DNA of 62,723 nt, filler included, from Deltaproteobacteria bacterium (lineage in GTDB: Bacteria; JAUYMQ01), in NCBI GenBank assembly GCA_030698575.1. It is 15 parts of 15 records of this genome, joined end to end, with 100 filler letters (N's around TTAATTAATTAA, not from the genome) between each part and the next. Parts side by side here need not be neighbours in the genome. Positions count along the whole stretch, not along the records: positions 5,987 to 10,585 come from JAUYMQ010000370.1; positions 10,686 to 13,639 come from JAUYMQ010000374.1; positions 13,740 to 16,381 come from JAUYMQ010000377.1; positions 16,482 to 20,659 come from JAUYMQ010000390.1; 11 more parts are not named here. One strand, given 5' to 3'. Shown piece after piece: positions 8,787 to 19,658 of the stretch. Made by a program: the position numbers and the translations under genes. The stretch's first letter is position 1. The number at the start of each line of letters is the position of its first letter. The notes under the pieces were generated by a model. That model worked only from the letters and a program-made list of their open reading frames with translations, was not told where the DNA came from and did not search any database.

Positions 8787-10421
8787 ATGAAATCGGTGAC
8801 GCGACAGCTCGAAGAAATGCTCCAGAGCGACGACTCGGAGCGGCGGAAGGCAGCCGCAATCGTCATTGGGGAGATCCAGGTTCGGGATGGAAAAATCCTG
8901 AAGACGCTCGGGAAGATGGCGGCCTCGGGCGACCGGGAGATTCAATGGACCGCGCTCCGCGCGCTTGCGGGCATCAAGTCGCTCGTCACTGTGCGCTCGC
9001 TTATCCCGCTGCTCGAGGAAGACGAAGACCTGCGCAGGCGGGCGGAGGACACCATGGCGGCTTTCGGGCCCCAGGTCGTCGCCCCACTCAAGCGCGCGGC
9101 CCTGAAGGATCCCGCCAGCACCGTGCGGCGCCGGCGCTCGATCATCGGCATCATCGCCCGTGCAGGGGGGCGCAGGGCAGCGCCCGCGCTTCTGGAATTC
9201 CTCTCCGACAAGGATCTCGACGTGGTCCGCCTCGCGGGGCTCACCATCCGGCATGGCATGGATGCGCTGACGCCTCGCGAGCGCGCCGACCTCCTCCGGC
9301 GCATTCAGATTTTTCTCAGGCGCATTCCGCCAGGCGATCCGAACCTTGCCATCATGGCGGTGGATCTGCTGGCCTCATTCAACCAGGCATCGGCGCGCAC
9401 TTCTCTCGTCCAGCTCTCGCGGAAAGGCCATCATCCGAACGTCCGCCGCGCCGCGCTTCTCGCTTTGCTCCGCTACCTGCAGGGGAAGCGAACTGATTCG
9501 GCGCTCGTCCGGCATCTCCTGGCCTGCGTCCAGGAACTCCCCTACCAGCCCGTGCCGGCGACCGCGCTCGATCTCCTCTACCGAATGGATCTGGGCCGCG
9601 AATACGAACGCGAATGCCTGAAGCTGCTGGGGTCGATCCACTTCCCCGTCCGAAGCTTCGCGCTTCGCAAGCTTGCCGGCATGGAAAGCCATGCAGCCGC
9701 CACGGCCCTGATCGAGACGGTCAGCGCGGAGGATCCGAAGCTCCGCGAGGTGGCCCTCGAGTGCCTTCAGAAGCTTGGGAAAGCGCGAAAACTCCTCCTG
9801 GAGGGCTTCCTCAAGGCGAAGGATCCCGCAACGGCGGCGACATTCGCCGCCGCACTCGAGGCGCACCGCGACAAGCTGTCGCCCGACGCCCGGCGGCGCA
9901 TCGCAACCCGGGGCTGGCGCCTCTGGCTCAAGGAGGACCCGCTCGCGCCGCCGACCCTGCGCCTCGGCAGGGGGCTCGACCCGAAGCGCTTTCACAAGGA
10001 GGCCCTCGCCTGCGCGAACACCCTCAAGCGGGGAAAGAAGTACGGCCGCCTCGCCGAGTGCCTGCGCATGGCGTCGCGCACGGACTTCGCTGACAATGAT
10101 CTGCGCTTCGACCTCGCGGTTGCGGAGCTGAAGCTCTCCAGCCGCGATACCGGCCGCGCGGCGCGCGCCGCCGACCCCGCCGTGGATATCTTCACTCACC
10201 TGCTCGATCAGCCGAAGTTTCCGCTGCTCGCCCGCCTCAAGAAAGAGAAAGTGCACCTCTCTCCCGAAGATCTCTTTTACCTGGGGTTTCACTTCTCGGA
10301 GATCGACGGAAAGGCCAGGGAGTTCGGGGGTGACGTGCTCTCGCTGGTGGTCCAGCGCTCGCCGCGCACGAAGTACGGTCGGGCCGCCCGAAACAAGCTC
10401 AAGCTGCAGGGCCTCGCCTGA
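8787..10421 (+). CDS. HEAT-repeat protein
   Basis: Repeated helical units (ERRKAAAIVIG, VRRAALLAL, VRSFALRKL, LREVALECL); AGGAG RBS. Confidence 0.8.
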   Translation: MKSVTRQLEEMLQSDDSERRKAAAIVIGEIQVRDGKILKTLGKMAASGDREIQWTALRALAGIKSLVTVRSLIPLLEEDEDLRRRAEDTMAAFGPQVVAPLKRAALKDPASTVRRRRSIIGIIARAGGRRAAPALLEFLSDKDLDVVRLAGLTIRHGMDALTPRERADLLRRIQIFLRRIPPGDPNLAIMAVDLLASFNQASARTSLVQLSRKGHHPNVRRAALLALLRYLQGKRTDSALVRHLLACVQELPYQPVPATALDLLYRMDLGREYERECLKLLGSIHFPVRSFALRKLAGMESHAAATALIETVSAEDPKLREVALECLQKLGKARKLLLEGFLKAKDPATAATFAAALEAHRDKLSPDARRRIATRGWRLWLKEDPLAPPTLRLGRGLDPKRFHKEALACANTLKRGKKYGRLAECLRMASRTDFADNDLRFDLAVAELKLSSRDTGRAARAADPAVDIFTHLLDQPKFPLLARLKKEKVHLSPEDLFYLGFHFSEIDGKAREFGGDVLSLVVQRSPRTKYGRAARNKLKLQGLA

Positions 10422-10685
10422 TCCCTCCTTCGCGCCACAGCCGCGACAGATAATTGCCGGCTCCTCAGCGCCGCTCCAGGATTGTCCTGACAGACACCGG
10501 GAAGGGACGCCGAACGCGCCGGGCGACGACAAATTGTGTAACTTTCGCCGGCCGCCAGCCCGTCCGCGCGACCCGGGCGCGCGCGNNNNNNNNNNNNNNN
10601 NNNNNNNNNNNNNNNNNNNNNNNNNNNNNTTAATTAATTAANNNNNNNNNNNNNNNNNNNNNNNNNNNNNNNNNNNNNNNNNNNN

Positions 10686-11423
10686 CGCCTGCTGATCGCC
10701 GACGACGCCCGCGATGGGAATGCTTGCTCCGAAAAGCGCCGGATCTGTCTCTCCCAGCACGCCGGACGAGGGGCGAACTTCAGGGAGCATCGCACGCGGA
10801 AGCTGCAGCAAACGGAGCAGGTCGTCGTCCCAATCGAGATCGCGGATGTTGTAGAGAAGCGTTCGGGATGCGTTCGTGTAGTCCGTCGCGTGCACGCGCC
10901 CGCCGGTCAGCCGGTAGATGAGCCAGCTATCCACCGTGCCGAAGAGCGCCTCACCTTTCTCCGCGCGCGCGCGGAGACCCGGCACCTCATCGAGGAGCCA
11001 GCGCACCTTCGTTCCCGAGAAGTAAGGGTCGGTGGTCAGCCCGGTGCGCTCCCGGAAGGTTGACTCGTGTCCGTCACGGCGCAGGAGCTCGCACATCTCG
11101 GCGGTTCGGCGGCACTGCCAGACGATGGCGTTCGCAAGCGGCTTGCCGGTTCCCTTCTCCCAGACCACGGCCGTCTCGCGCTGGTTCGTGATGCCGAGGG
11201 CCCGGATCTCCGACGCCTGGATCTTGGCATTGGCGAGGGCGGAGCGGGCGGCCCGCAACTGCGAGTCCCAGATCTCTTCGGGGTTATGCTCCACCCAGCC
11301 CGGGCGGGGGAAGATCTGCGGAAACTCGTATGCCGCACTGCCCCGGATGTGCCCGGTTTCGTCGAAAACGATCGCGCGGCTGGAGGTGGTTCCCTGATCG
11401 AGTGCGAGAACATAAGCGGACAT
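10686..11423 (-). CDS. glpK: Glycerol kinase, 3' truncated
   Basis: [41 protein letters not shown]. Confidence 0.97.
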
Positions 11424-11454
11424 GACAATCTCCCGGGTCAGGTAGAGGGACGCG

Positions 11455-12681
11455 CTAGGCTCGGGTGAAGAGCGCCTCGACGAAGGCATGGGCGTCGAAG
11501 GGGCGAAGGTCGTTCACCTTCTCACCGACGCCGATGTACCGGATTGGCAATCCAAGCTCTTCGTGCACCGCGATCACAATCCCGCCCTTCGCCGTGCCGT
11601 CGAGCTTCGTGAGGGCGATGCCGGTCACGCCCACGGCCTCATTGAACTGCCGGGCCTGGCTGAGTGCGTTCTGGCCGGTCGTGGCGTCGAGCACCAGGAT
11701 GACCTCATGGGGCGCCCCGGGCAGTTCCCGCCCGAGGATTCGCTTCATCTTCTTCAGTTCCTCCATGAGATTCGCCTTCGTGTGAAGGCGCCCGGCCGTG
11801 TCTACCAGGAGCACGTCGACGCCGCGGCTCCGGGCCGCCGCCGCTGCGTCGAAAGCGACGGCGGAGGGATCGGAGCTGGCGGCCTGCTTGATTACCTGCG
11901 CGCCGATGCGCTCGCCCCAGATCTCCAGCTGCTCGATGGCCGCGGCCCGGAAGGTGTCGGCGGCTGCGAGGATGACGCGCTTTCCCTCTGACACATACTG
12001 CGCGCCCACCTTTCCAACGGTGGTCGTCTTACCGACGCCGTTCACCCCCACGAACATGACGACGCGCGGGCCGCTCTCGGGTCCTTCGGGGAACGCCTTG
12101 CCGTCGGCGGAGAGTATCTCCTCCACCGATGTCTTGAGGGCGTCGCGAAGCGCCTGCGCGCCGCCGCCCTTCGCGGCCCGATCGCGCAGCGCCTCCATCA
12201 GGCGCGTCGCCGTGGCGACGCCCAGGTCGGCCGTGTAGAGAACTTCCTCGATCTCCTCGAAGGCCTCCTCATCGAGCTTCTCTCGCCCCGCGAAGATCGA
12301 ATCAAGGCGCCCCACGAAGGCGTCTTGCGTCCGTGCAAGCCCGCGGCGGAGGCTCTGGAAGAAACTCTCGGCCGGCTCCGGCGGTTCTGGCTCGAGTAGC
12401 CCGGGCTCGACGGCTTCAGGCTCGACAGTCTCAGGCTCGACGGCTTTCGGCTCGGGCATCGCAACCGGCTGCGGCGCCTCACTCGACCGCAGGAGCGCTT
12501 CCGTATCTTTCGCCGATGCTGATTCCGGCGCGGGCGTGCGTGACCCGCGTCCCCTCCTCACCAGGACGACGAGCAAGATTAGGATGAGGAACGCCCCCGC
12601 CGAGGCCAGGCCGGCCTCCTGCGGATGTGCGGCTGCCAGCGCGCGGGCGGTCTCGAGGAGGTATGTGATGCGCTCGATCAT
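11455..12681 (-). CDS. ftsY: Signal recognition particle receptor FtsY with N-terminal TM anchor
   Basis: [32 protein letters not shown]. Confidence 0.97.
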   Translation of the reverse strand: MIERITYLLETARALAAAHPQEAGLASAGAFLILILLVVLVRRGRGSRTPAPESASAKDTEALLRSSEAPQPVAMPEPKAVEPETVEPEAVEPGLLEPEPPEPAESFFQSLRRGLARTQDAFVGRLDSIFAGREKLDEEAFEEIEEVLYTADLGVATATRLMEALRDRAAKGGGAQALRDALKTSVEEILSADGKAFPEGPESGPRVVMFVGVNGVGKTTTVGKVGAQYVSEGKRVILAAADTFRAAAIEQLEIWGERIGAQVIKQAASSDPSAVAFDAAAAARSRGVDVLLVDTAGRLHTKANLMEELKKMKRILGRELPGAPHEVILVLDATTGQNALSQARQFNEAVGVTGIALTKLDGTAKGGIVIAVHEELGLPIRYIGVGEKVNDLRPFDAHAFVEALFTRA

Positions 12682-12823
12682 GCGGAGGTTTCTCCCGAGG
12701 ACGGTTTCGCAGCCCCCTCAGGACCCGGGGGGTTCATAACGTCAGGACGCTATTCTGTATAAGCCAGCGGATTGGGGAATGACAAGCGCGCTCGCCTGGC
12801 GAGCAGGTGCAGATCATGCATCA

Positions 12824-13561
12824 TCATGTATCAAGGAGGGAGGTCCGTTTCCTGAGGAATCGCACGGCGAGATAGAGAAGGAGAGCGGCCCCGAGGAGTC
12901 CCATCCAGCCTGCGTCAATCTTCAGGTGCCCCTCGCCCAGTAGATCCATTCCGATGTCTGTAAGGGTGAAACTGAGAACCGTGGCAAAGAGGGTCGAGGT
13001 TTCTCGCTTCAGCACGGTCTTCAGCCCGAAGGGCTGGTCAGGGTGTTTCCAACGACTTATACGGGGCACAAAAATAGGCGTATCACTCGCCCATGATTCA
13101 TAAGCTTCGCCGAATCTCTCCCGGAGAAACGCTTCTTCCGCCAGAATGATTCGTTCGTAGTAAAGCCAGTAGGACAGAATGCCGATGACTGCAAACCACC
13201 AGACCTGGGTAAGCAGAACCACGCCCAGAAAAATACAGAAATTGCCGAGGTAGAGGGGGTGCCTGACGACCGCGTAGATACCGGCTGTATTCAGCGCATC
13301 CGCCCTTTGCCTCTTCGTGTTCCTCCCCGAAGTCCCGTAGGCGGCATATCCGATCGTCACGGCGCGAATGGCGACCCCGAGAAGTGAGATGGCGAGGCAG
13401 AAACCCTCCCAGACATCCTCCGCCTTCTCGCCGAGCAGTTGTTCGACCATCTCCGATTGGCTCAGGGCGACCAGCAGAATCGGAAGAAGGAGGAAGGGAA
13501 GGAAGCTCCTGAAGCGGAACAGCCATGCGCCTTCTTGCGCCAGACGATCCTTCAGCTGCAC
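12824..13561 (-). CDS. ICMT-family membrane methyltransferase (LmtA/lipid A phosphate methyltransferase-like)
   Basis: LFRFRSFLP, GTSGRNT...LNTAGIYAVVRHPLYLGN, YERIILAEE. Confidence 0.8.
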   Translation of the reverse strand: MQLKDRLAQEGAWLFRFRSFLPFLLLPILLVALSQSEMVEQLLGEKAEDVWEGFCLAISLLGVAIRAVTIGYAAYGTSGRNTKRQRADALNTAGIYAVVRHPLYLGNFCIFLGVVLLTQVWWFAVIGILSYWLYYERIILAEEAFLRERFGEAYESWASDTPIFVPRISRWKHPDQPFGLKTVLKRETSTLFATVLSFTLTDIGMDLLGEGHLKIDAGWMGLLGAALLLYLAVRFLRKRTSLLDT

Positions 13562-13743
13562 GGCTCGAGTCCCTTCAAGTTAACGGCGACGTCATTGTAG
13601 TTTCGAAAAGTGGGATCCGCTGTGGACGCATTTGGAAGGNNNNNNNNNNNNNNNNNNNNNNNNNNNNNNNNNNNNNNNNNNNNTTAATTAATTAANNNNN
13701 NNNNNNNNNNNNNNNNNNNNNNNNNNNNNNNNNNNNNNNGACG

Positions 13744-14157
13744 TCAGCGTTTCGGCGTCTTGTTCTGGACCAGTTCGTAGAGGACTTTTCCCGTGGATCG
13801 CGGGTGGATGAATGCCACCCGCGATTCTTCTTTTCCGGTGCGCGGCGTGGCGTCGATGAGTTCGGCTCCGCCGGCTTTGAGGCGGGCGAGTTCGGCGGCG
13901 ATGTCGTCGACTTCGAGGGCGATGTGGTGGATGCCGGGGCCGCGCTTTTCGATGTACTTCGTAATGGGGGAGTCGGGTGTCGTGCCCTGTACGAGTTCGA
14001 TGGTGGTGGGGCCGAGGCGGATGGTGGCCACCTCCACGCCGTAGCCGGCGATGACTTCGCGGTGCAGGGCCTCGAGGCCGAGCGTGTTCTTGAACATGGC
14101 GAGCGTCTCGTCGATGTTTTCGACGGCGATGGCGACGTGGTCGATTCCGCGGATCAT
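13744..14157 (-). CDS. mce: Methylmalonyl-CoA epimerase
   Basis: IDHVAIAV, GIHHIALEV, AFIHPRSTGKVLYELV; directly after the mutase gene. Confidence 0.93.
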   Translation of the reverse strand: MIRGIDHVAIAVENIDETLAMFKNTLGLEALHREVIAGYGVEVATIRLGPTTIELVQGTTPDSPITKYIEKRGPGIHHIALEVDDIAAELARLKAGGAELIDATPRTGKEESRVAFIHPRSTGKVLYELVQNKTPKR

Positions 14158-14159
14158 GA

Positions 14160-15812
14160 TTAACGGCCTCCCTGGTCGCGGTAGCGACCGAATGTGCGCT
14201 CGAGCGTCGCGCAGATCTCTCCGACGGAGGCGCGCACGGTGACGGCGTTCAGAATGAGCGGAAAGAGATTCTCGTCGGTTTTCGCGGCAGCGTCGAGTGC
14301 TGCGAGTGAGCGGTCCACCTTCGCCTGGTCACGATCCTTCTTGCGTTCTGTCAGTTCCTTGACCTGCGCCTTCTCGAGCTTTGGGTCGATGCGGAATACG
14401 GCGGTCGAAGTCTCGTCCTCCTCCTCGTACGCGTTGACGCCTATGACCTTCGCGTCGCCGCTTTCGATGGCGCGCTGGTAATTGTAGGCGGCGCGCTCGA
14501 TCTCGCGCTGGGGATAGCCGGCGTCGATGGCCTCCACCATGCCGCCCATCTCGTCGATGGCCGCGATCTCGGCCGTCGCGCGCCTCTCGAGCTCGTCGGT
14601 GAGGGACTCGATGTAGTAGCTCCCGCCCAGGGGGTCGATGGTGTCGGTGACGCCGCTCTCCTCGGCGATCACCTGCTGTGTGCGCAGCGCGATCTTCGCG
14701 GCGTGGTCGCTGGGGAGCCCCAACGCCTCGTCGAAGCTGTTGGTGTGGAGCGACTGCGTGCCACCGAGGACGGCGGCCAGCGCCTGCAGCGTTACGCGCG
14801 CGATGTTGTTGTGCGGCTGCTGCGCGGTGAGGGTGCTGCCCGCGGTCTGCGTGTGGAAGCGGAGCAGCATGCTCTCGGTCTTCTTCGCGCCGAAGCGATC
14901 GCGCATGATGGTTGCCCACATGCGCCGCGCAGCGCGAAATTTGGAGACTTCCTCGAGCACATTGTTGTGCACGTTGAAGAAGAAGGAGAGGCGCGGCGCA
15001 AAAGCATCGACGTCGAGGCCGGCGTCGATACCGGCCTGGACGTAGGTGATGCCGTCTGCGAGCGTGAACGCGAGCTCCTGTACGGCAGTCGACCCCGCCT
15101 CCCGGATGTGGTAACCGCTGATCGAGATGGGATTGAACTGTGGGAGCTCGGCGGCGCACCACGCGAACATGTTCGTGATCAACCGCACCGATGGGGCGGG
15201 CGGGAAGATGTAGGTTCCGCGCGCCATGTACTCCTTGAGGATGTCGTTCTGCACAGTGCCTGCGAGCGTCCTGCGGTCGACACCGCGTTCCTCGGCCATA
15301 GCCACGTACATGGCAAGCAGCACGCTGGCGGTGGCGTTGATGGTCATGGAAGTGCTGACGGTCTCGACGGGAATGTGGTCGAGGACGACACGCATGTCGT
15401 CGATGGTGTCTATAGCGACGCCGACGCGCCCGACCTCGCCGAGCGCGCGCGGGTCGTCGGAGTCGATCCCCATCTGTGTGGGGAGGTCGAACGCGATGGA
15501 GAGCCCCTTCTGCCCGCGCTCGAGCAGATAGCGGAATCGCTCGTTGGTCTCGCGCGCGGTGCCGAAGCCGGCGTACTGGCGAGTCGTCCATGGGCGCCCG
15601 CGGTACATGGTCGGATACACGCCGCGGGTAAACGGGTCTTCCCCCGCGTATCCCAAGCGCTTAGTGGCTGAGGGCGGCGTCTCCTCGCCGCTGTACAGTG
15701 CATCGATATCGATCCCCGAGCTGGTGTGAAACGCCGCCTTCCGCTCCGGGTGCTTGCTGCGATAGGGGCCGTACGTTTTCTTGACCCATTCTTTTTTGTT
15801 CTTCGATCCCAT
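14160..15812 (-). CDS. Methylmalonyl-CoA mutase, substrate-binding large subunit (no B12-binding domain)
   Basis: RQYAGF (Tyr specificity residue), [36 protein letters not shown]. Confidence 0.95.
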   Translation of the reverse strand: MGSKNKKEWVKKTYGPYRSKHPERKAAFHTSSGIDIDALYSGEETPPSATKRLGYAGEDPFTRGVYPTMYRGRPWTTRQYAGFGTARETNERFRYLLERGQKGLSIAFDLPTQMGIDSDDPRALGEVGRVGVAIDTIDDMRVVLDHIPVETVSTSMTINATASVLLAMYVAMAEERGVDRRTLAGTVQNDILKEYMARGTYIFPPAPSVRLITNMFAWCAAELPQFNPISISGYHIREAGSTAVQELAFTLADGITYVQAGIDAGLDVDAFAPRLSFFFNVHNNVLEEVSKFRAARRMWATIMRDRFGAKKTESMLLRFHTQTAGSTLTAQQPHNNIARVTLQALAAVLGGTQSLHTNSFDEALGLPSDHAAKIALRTQQVIAEESGVTDTIDPLGGSYYIESLTDELERRATAEIAAIDEMGGMVEAIDAGYPQREIERAAYNYQRAIESGDAKVIGVNAYEEEDETSTAVFRIDPKLEKAQVKELTERKKDRDQAKVDRSLAALDAAAKTDENLFPLILNAVTVRASVGEICATLERTFGRYRDQGGR

Positions 15813-16330
15813 CAGCGTTTCTCGATGACAACGAGCGGCGCCTGGGAGTCGACGGTTCCGCCCACGGCCACGAGAACCTCCCTGACCACGCCCGCGACGT
15901 GTGTGACGAGTTCGTTCTGCATCTTCATCGCTTCCATGATAACGACGGGCGATCCGGCTTCCACCTCGTCTCCCACGGTAACCTTGACGCCGACGATGCG
16001 GCCCGGCATGGGGGAGAGCACCGTGTAGGGGCCGGTGTGCTCTGTCGCCGACTCTGCGTCCCGGACCGCGACAAGGAGTTCGTCGAGGACGTCGAGTTCG
16101 TAGTGGCGGCCCATGACTCGCGCATAGTACCGGCCCTGGTCCGGTTTGACGGGGCCACTCTCGATCATATACGATTCGTTGTCGATGAGGAGCGAGAGGA
16201 AGTCCTTGTTTCCAAAGCTCCGGCAGTCCACGGTGACCGGCTTGCCGTCGATCTCGACGTTGTAGTGACCGTTGCTAGCCTCGATGAACACGGTCTTCTC
16301 CTGGCCTTCCACGCGTACGACGAACTTCAT
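15812..16330 (-). CDS. Biotin carboxyl carrier protein
   Basis: SPMPG and EAMKM biotinylation motif; ATG overlaps the stop of a truncated upstream ORF (16327-16381). Confidence 0.93.
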   Translation of the reverse strand: MKFVVRVEGQEKTVFIEASNGHYNVEIDGKPVTVDCRSFGNKDFLSLLIDNESYMIESGPVKPDQGRYYARVMGRHYELDVLDELLVAVRDAESATEHTGPYTVLSPMPGRIVGVKVTVGDEVEAGSPVVIMEAMKMQNELVTHVAGVVREVLVAVGGTVDSQAPLVVIEKR

Positions 16331-16719
16331 CGGCTCCACCAGCTCAATTTTCTCAGGGAACTCCTGCGCGCGGCGTCACCCNNNNNNNNNNNNNNNNNNN
16401 NNNNNNNNNNNNNNNNNNNNNNNNNTTAATTAATTAANNNNNNNNNNNNNNNNNNNNNNNNNNNNNNNNNNNNNNNNNNNNTACCGGCGGAGGAAGACGG
16501 CGCAGAGGAGGCCGGCATCGACAAGCCCCTTGCCTCTCCGGGAGCCGTGCTGAACGTCGAACCGACGCCCGACGTTCCCGAAGACAACGCCATTTACGCC
16601 CCGGGCGCCGGCAAGGGCCGCGCCGGAGAGGCCTACCCGGCCGAGCCGGCGGCGCAGGATCCAGCTCTCGGTCCCGACGCGCCGGGCTCACCGGACCTGC
16701 CTGATCGGGAGGACCCGCA

Positions 16720-17355
16720 GTGACTTGCCTGCGCTCCTTCCGGCTACTCGCTTTCCCGCTCGCGATCCTGTTCGCGATCCAGGCGGGTTGCGCGCGCTAC
16801 AGTCCCGATCGGGACATCAAGATCGGATCAAAAAACTTCCGCAAGCAGGGTGAGGTTGAAGGGATCGCGCGGGTGCTCGACCGCGAGCAGATCAAGAAGG
16901 CGCTCGATTACGAGGTCGAGGCCAAACGCCTCGTGGCGGTGTCGGCCGTGATCCGAAATCGGGGGGAGAATACGCTGCGCCTCGACTATCTCCGGACACG
17001 GATCGTCGACGGAAACCTTTCCTACGGGCTCGTTCCCGTGGAAGTCGTAATTCTCAGGACGCAGCGGACGGGCTTCTGGAAAGCACAGCTGTGGATGCGC
17101 ACGGGGGGACTATTCGGGTATCTGTACCACAAGCACCAGATCAACAAGACGAACAATCAGCTGCGCGAGGATTTCGAGTGGCAGGCCCTTCCTGACAAGC
17201 CAATCATCCCGAACGCGACACTGCGCGGGATGCTCTTCTTCCAGATCGACCCCGCCTCGGCCCGCAACTTCGTCCCCGGACGCTACAACGTGGTCATCTC
17301 GCTCGTTTCGACTGGAAACCCGCCTATCGTCGAGCTCCGCTTCCCCCCCGAATAG
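16720..17355 (+). CDS. Hypothetical lipoprotein
   Basis: Hydrophobic N-terminus with AGC lipobox-like site; GGAGG RBS; GTGA overlap with a truncated upstream acidic ORF. Confidence 0.65.
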   Translation: MTCLRSFRLLAFPLAILFAIQAGCARYSPDRDIKIGSKNFRKQGEVEGIARVLDREQIKKALDYEVEAKRLVAVSAVIRNRGENTLRLDYLRTRIVDGNLSYGLVPVEVVILRTQRTGFWKAQLWMRTGGLFGYLYHKHQINKTNNQLREDFEWQALPDKPIIPNATLRGMLFFQIDPASARNFVPGRYNVVISLVSTGNPPIVELRFPPE

Positions 17356-17400
17356 GGCCGGGCTTGACTTGTTTGACTCCTGGAATCCCGGTCGCGAACA

Positions 17401-17808
17401 TCAGCAGCGGGACCGGGCCCCGGCCGGCCCGGAAGCCTCCCGGGTGGACGGACGCCAGCCGTAGCACGCCAGGCTCACCCGCCCCCGCGCGTCGAAGACC
17501 ACCCCTTCTCGCTCGAGGCGAGTCCGCTGGATGATCTCGGGACCGGGTGACGAGCGCGGGCTGATGCACCCCTTGTGGTTGATGACGCGGTGCCAGGGGG
17601 CGCTGCTTACCCGCCCCAGCGCGTGCAACGCATAGCCCACCTGCCGGGCGTGCCCCGGAATGCCCGCCAGCCGGGCCACCTGCCCGTAGGTCGCCACGCA
17701 CCCGGCGGGGATGCGCCGCACCACGGCGAAGGTCCGCGCCCGGGGGTCAGGCTTTTCTTTTTTCGTTTTTCGACTTTTCGCTGTCCGCTGCCCCCGACTC
17801 TGGCTCAC
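17401..17808 (-). CDS. Alkyltransferase-like protein (ATL/YbaZ, MGMT family)
   Basis: VRRIPAGCVATYGQVARLAG...ARQVG...PWHRVIN; Trp replaces the catalytic Cys. Confidence 0.9.
   Translation of the reverse strand: MSQSRGQRTAKSRKTKKEKPDPRARTFAVVRRIPAGCVATYGQVARLAGIPGHARQVGYALHALGRVSSAPWHRVINHKGCISPRSSPGPEIIQRTRLEREGVVFDARGRVSLACYGWRPSTREASGPAGARSRC
17683..17760. repeat. 78-bp direct repeat, copy 1 (5' part of the ATL gene)
   Basis: Aligns without gaps to 19581-19658 with 8 mismatches by my count. Confidence 0.92.
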
Positions 17809-17897
17809 GCGTTCCTCCGAAAGTCAGCTAAGTCAAGCCTGAACCCATTGCGTTCGGTCGCGAGTTCGTGGGAGATCGGGCCCCACGCAACAACAGG

Positions 17898-18209
17898 ATG
17901 CGCCGCCTCACCTTCACCGTTCTCGCCGGCCTGGCGGCGGCGCTCCCCTACTCCCTCAGCGGCGTGAGCGGGTGGCGCTATTTCACGGACATCGGCGTGT
18001 GGGTCGCGCTCTGCTGGGGCCAGCTCGCCGATCCGTTCGTCGCCAGCCGCCGGTTCGCCCGAGGGATGGTGCTCTTGTGCGCCCTAATGTCCCTGATTAA
18101 CATCCTATCGACCCAGCAGATCCGATCCACTTACGACTGGCTCGGACGGGCGACCTACCTGCTGTGCGCCGAGATCGAGGGAAGCGTAAAAAGGATGCAT
18201 GATGGATGA
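17898..18209 (+). CDS. Short membrane-protein ORF, possible gene remnant
   Basis: Hydrophobic segments; overlaps the start of the next gene. Confidence 0.35.
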   Translation: MRRLTFTVLAGLAAALPYSLSGVSGWRYFTDIGVWVALCWGQLADPFVASRRFARGMVLLCALMSLINILSTQQIRSTYDWLGRATYLLCAEIEGSVKRMHDG

Positions 18210-19587
18210 CTTCACGGGCCATAGGGCCGCAAGGACGCTGTTCCTGATACTGGGGGTATCGCTCTGCCTGCGTGTGTTCCTCGTTCTCGCGGGCGGCACG
18301 CTCTATCTTCCCGACGAGTCGCAGTATACGCGGGCCCGCATCGCGGCCGATGCCGCGCTCTCCGGAGATCCGGGCGGCTTCCTCGACCAGCTGCGCTACG
18401 CGGATCATTTCGGAAACACCGTAGTCTTCGCCATTCCGGCGGCCATCGCCAAGGCCGTCTGGCCGAGCCCGAAGACTCCCGCACTGCTTTTCACCCTTTT
18501 CGGCGTGCTCAACATCTGGCTCGTCTGGAAGATCGCCCTGAGAGCGGGCGCGGCCCGGCGTGAGGCCCTCGCCGCTGCCTTTCTACTGTCCGCTTCCACG
18601 ACGTTCTTCTACTACGCGCGGCACCTCCTACCATACGACCTCTCCGTGACCTTCGGGCTTCTGGCTCTCCTTGTGGCGCTCAGAGAATCGCCGAGCAACA
18701 GGGACTCATGCACATGCGGACTGCTGTCGTCGGCCTCTTTCCTGATCTATCCGGGCTACTGGACGCTCGCCGGCTTCGCGCTCCTGGTGCACGCCTTTTT
18801 TGCGTCCCGGGAGGCAAGAGCGGTCATCCGGCGTGCCGTTCTCTCGGGGAGTTGCCTCGTGGCGCCGTTCGCCGCCATCACCCTGCTGGACGCCCTCTTC
18901 GGCGGAAATCTCTTCCTGCAGTTCATCTGGTTCACGCACAGCATCACGCAGGGCGTGTACGCGGAGGGATGGCGCCTGCCGGTCGAATATCTCTGGTACG
19001 CGGAGCATTTCCTGTTCGTTCTCTGGGTCGCGGCGCTGGCGTACTGCCTTTGGGAGGCGCGAAGGGGCGCCCTGCCCACGTCGGCGGCAATTGGGTTGGC
19101 GGGGGTTCTCTTCGTCTACGGAACGCTCGTCCTTTTCTCGGTCGGCCTCGAAAAGTTCGTCGTTTACGGGCGGCTCGTGCGACAGTGCGTGCCGTTCTTC
19201 TGCCTGCTGACGGCGCATGCGCTGGAGCGGCTCGCGCGATCGCCCGCGTTCGGCCGGAAACCGCTCGCCGCCATTTACGTTCTGATCCTCATCCAGGCGG
19301 GTGTCAATTTCCAACATCCGCTGACACAGATTTTTCCTGCGAATTTCAAAGCGCGCGCGGAAGCGATCGTGGCCCAGCGGCCGGAGGGCAACTATGATCT
19401 CGTGTATGCTGGGTACATCTATCCGGTGCCGAAGAAGCTGTCTCTCCAGCCACACAAAATCGTCCTCGAGGCGCCGCACCCGCTGGGGTTCCTCCCCTAT
19501 CAGTACGAGGGATACACACCAGAAGAGCGCGCGAAGATCCGCGCAGCGGACATCCGCATGCGCCTCATCCGGTACCCGGACCCGTAG
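18199..19587 (+). CDS. GT-C (ArnT/PMT-like) polytopic membrane glycosyltransferase
   Basis: Many TM segments; PDE motif after TM1; YYARHLLPYD. Confidence 0.75.
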   Translation: MMDDFTGHRAARTLFLILGVSLCLRVFLVLAGGTLYLPDESQYTRARIAADAALSGDPGGFLDQLRYADHFGNTVVFAIPAAIAKAVWPSPKTPALLFTLFGVLNIWLVWKIALRAGAARREALAAAFLLSASTTFFYYARHLLPYDLSVTFGLLALLVALRESPSNRDSCTCGLLSSASFLIYPGYWTLAGFALLVHAFFASREARAVIRRAVLSGSCLVAPFAAITLLDALFGGNLFLQFIWFTHSITQGVYAEGWRLPVEYLWYAEHFLFVLWVAALAYCLWEARRGALPTSAAIGLAGVLFVYGTLVLFSVGLEKFVVYGRLVRQCVPFFCLLTAHALERLARSPAFGRKPLAAIYVLILIQAGVNFQHPLTQIFPANFKARAEAIVAQRPEGNYDLVYAGYIYPVPKKLSLQPHKIVLEAPHPLGFLPYQYEGYTPEERAKIRAADIRMRLIRYPDP

Positions 19588-19658
19588 GCCTCCCCACGCC
19601 CGGCGGGGATGCGCCGAACCACGGCGAAGATCCGCGCCCGGGGGTCAGGCTTTCCTTT
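19581..19658. repeat. 78-bp direct repeat, copy 2 (truncated ATL 5' remnant on the minus strand)
   Basis: Minus strand reads KPDPRARIFAVVRRIPAGRGEAYG, matching the ATL N-terminus. Confidence 0.92.

Noticed and set aside
14160..15812. Isobutyryl-CoA or other variant mutase
   Set aside because: It retains the Tyr of RQYAGF and the Arg of MARGTY, and is flanked by the epimerase and biotin carrier genes: an ordinary methylmalonyl-CoA mutase
17401..17808. Inactivated ogt pseudogene
   Set aside because: PWHRV is the normal signature of the known alkyltransferase-like family
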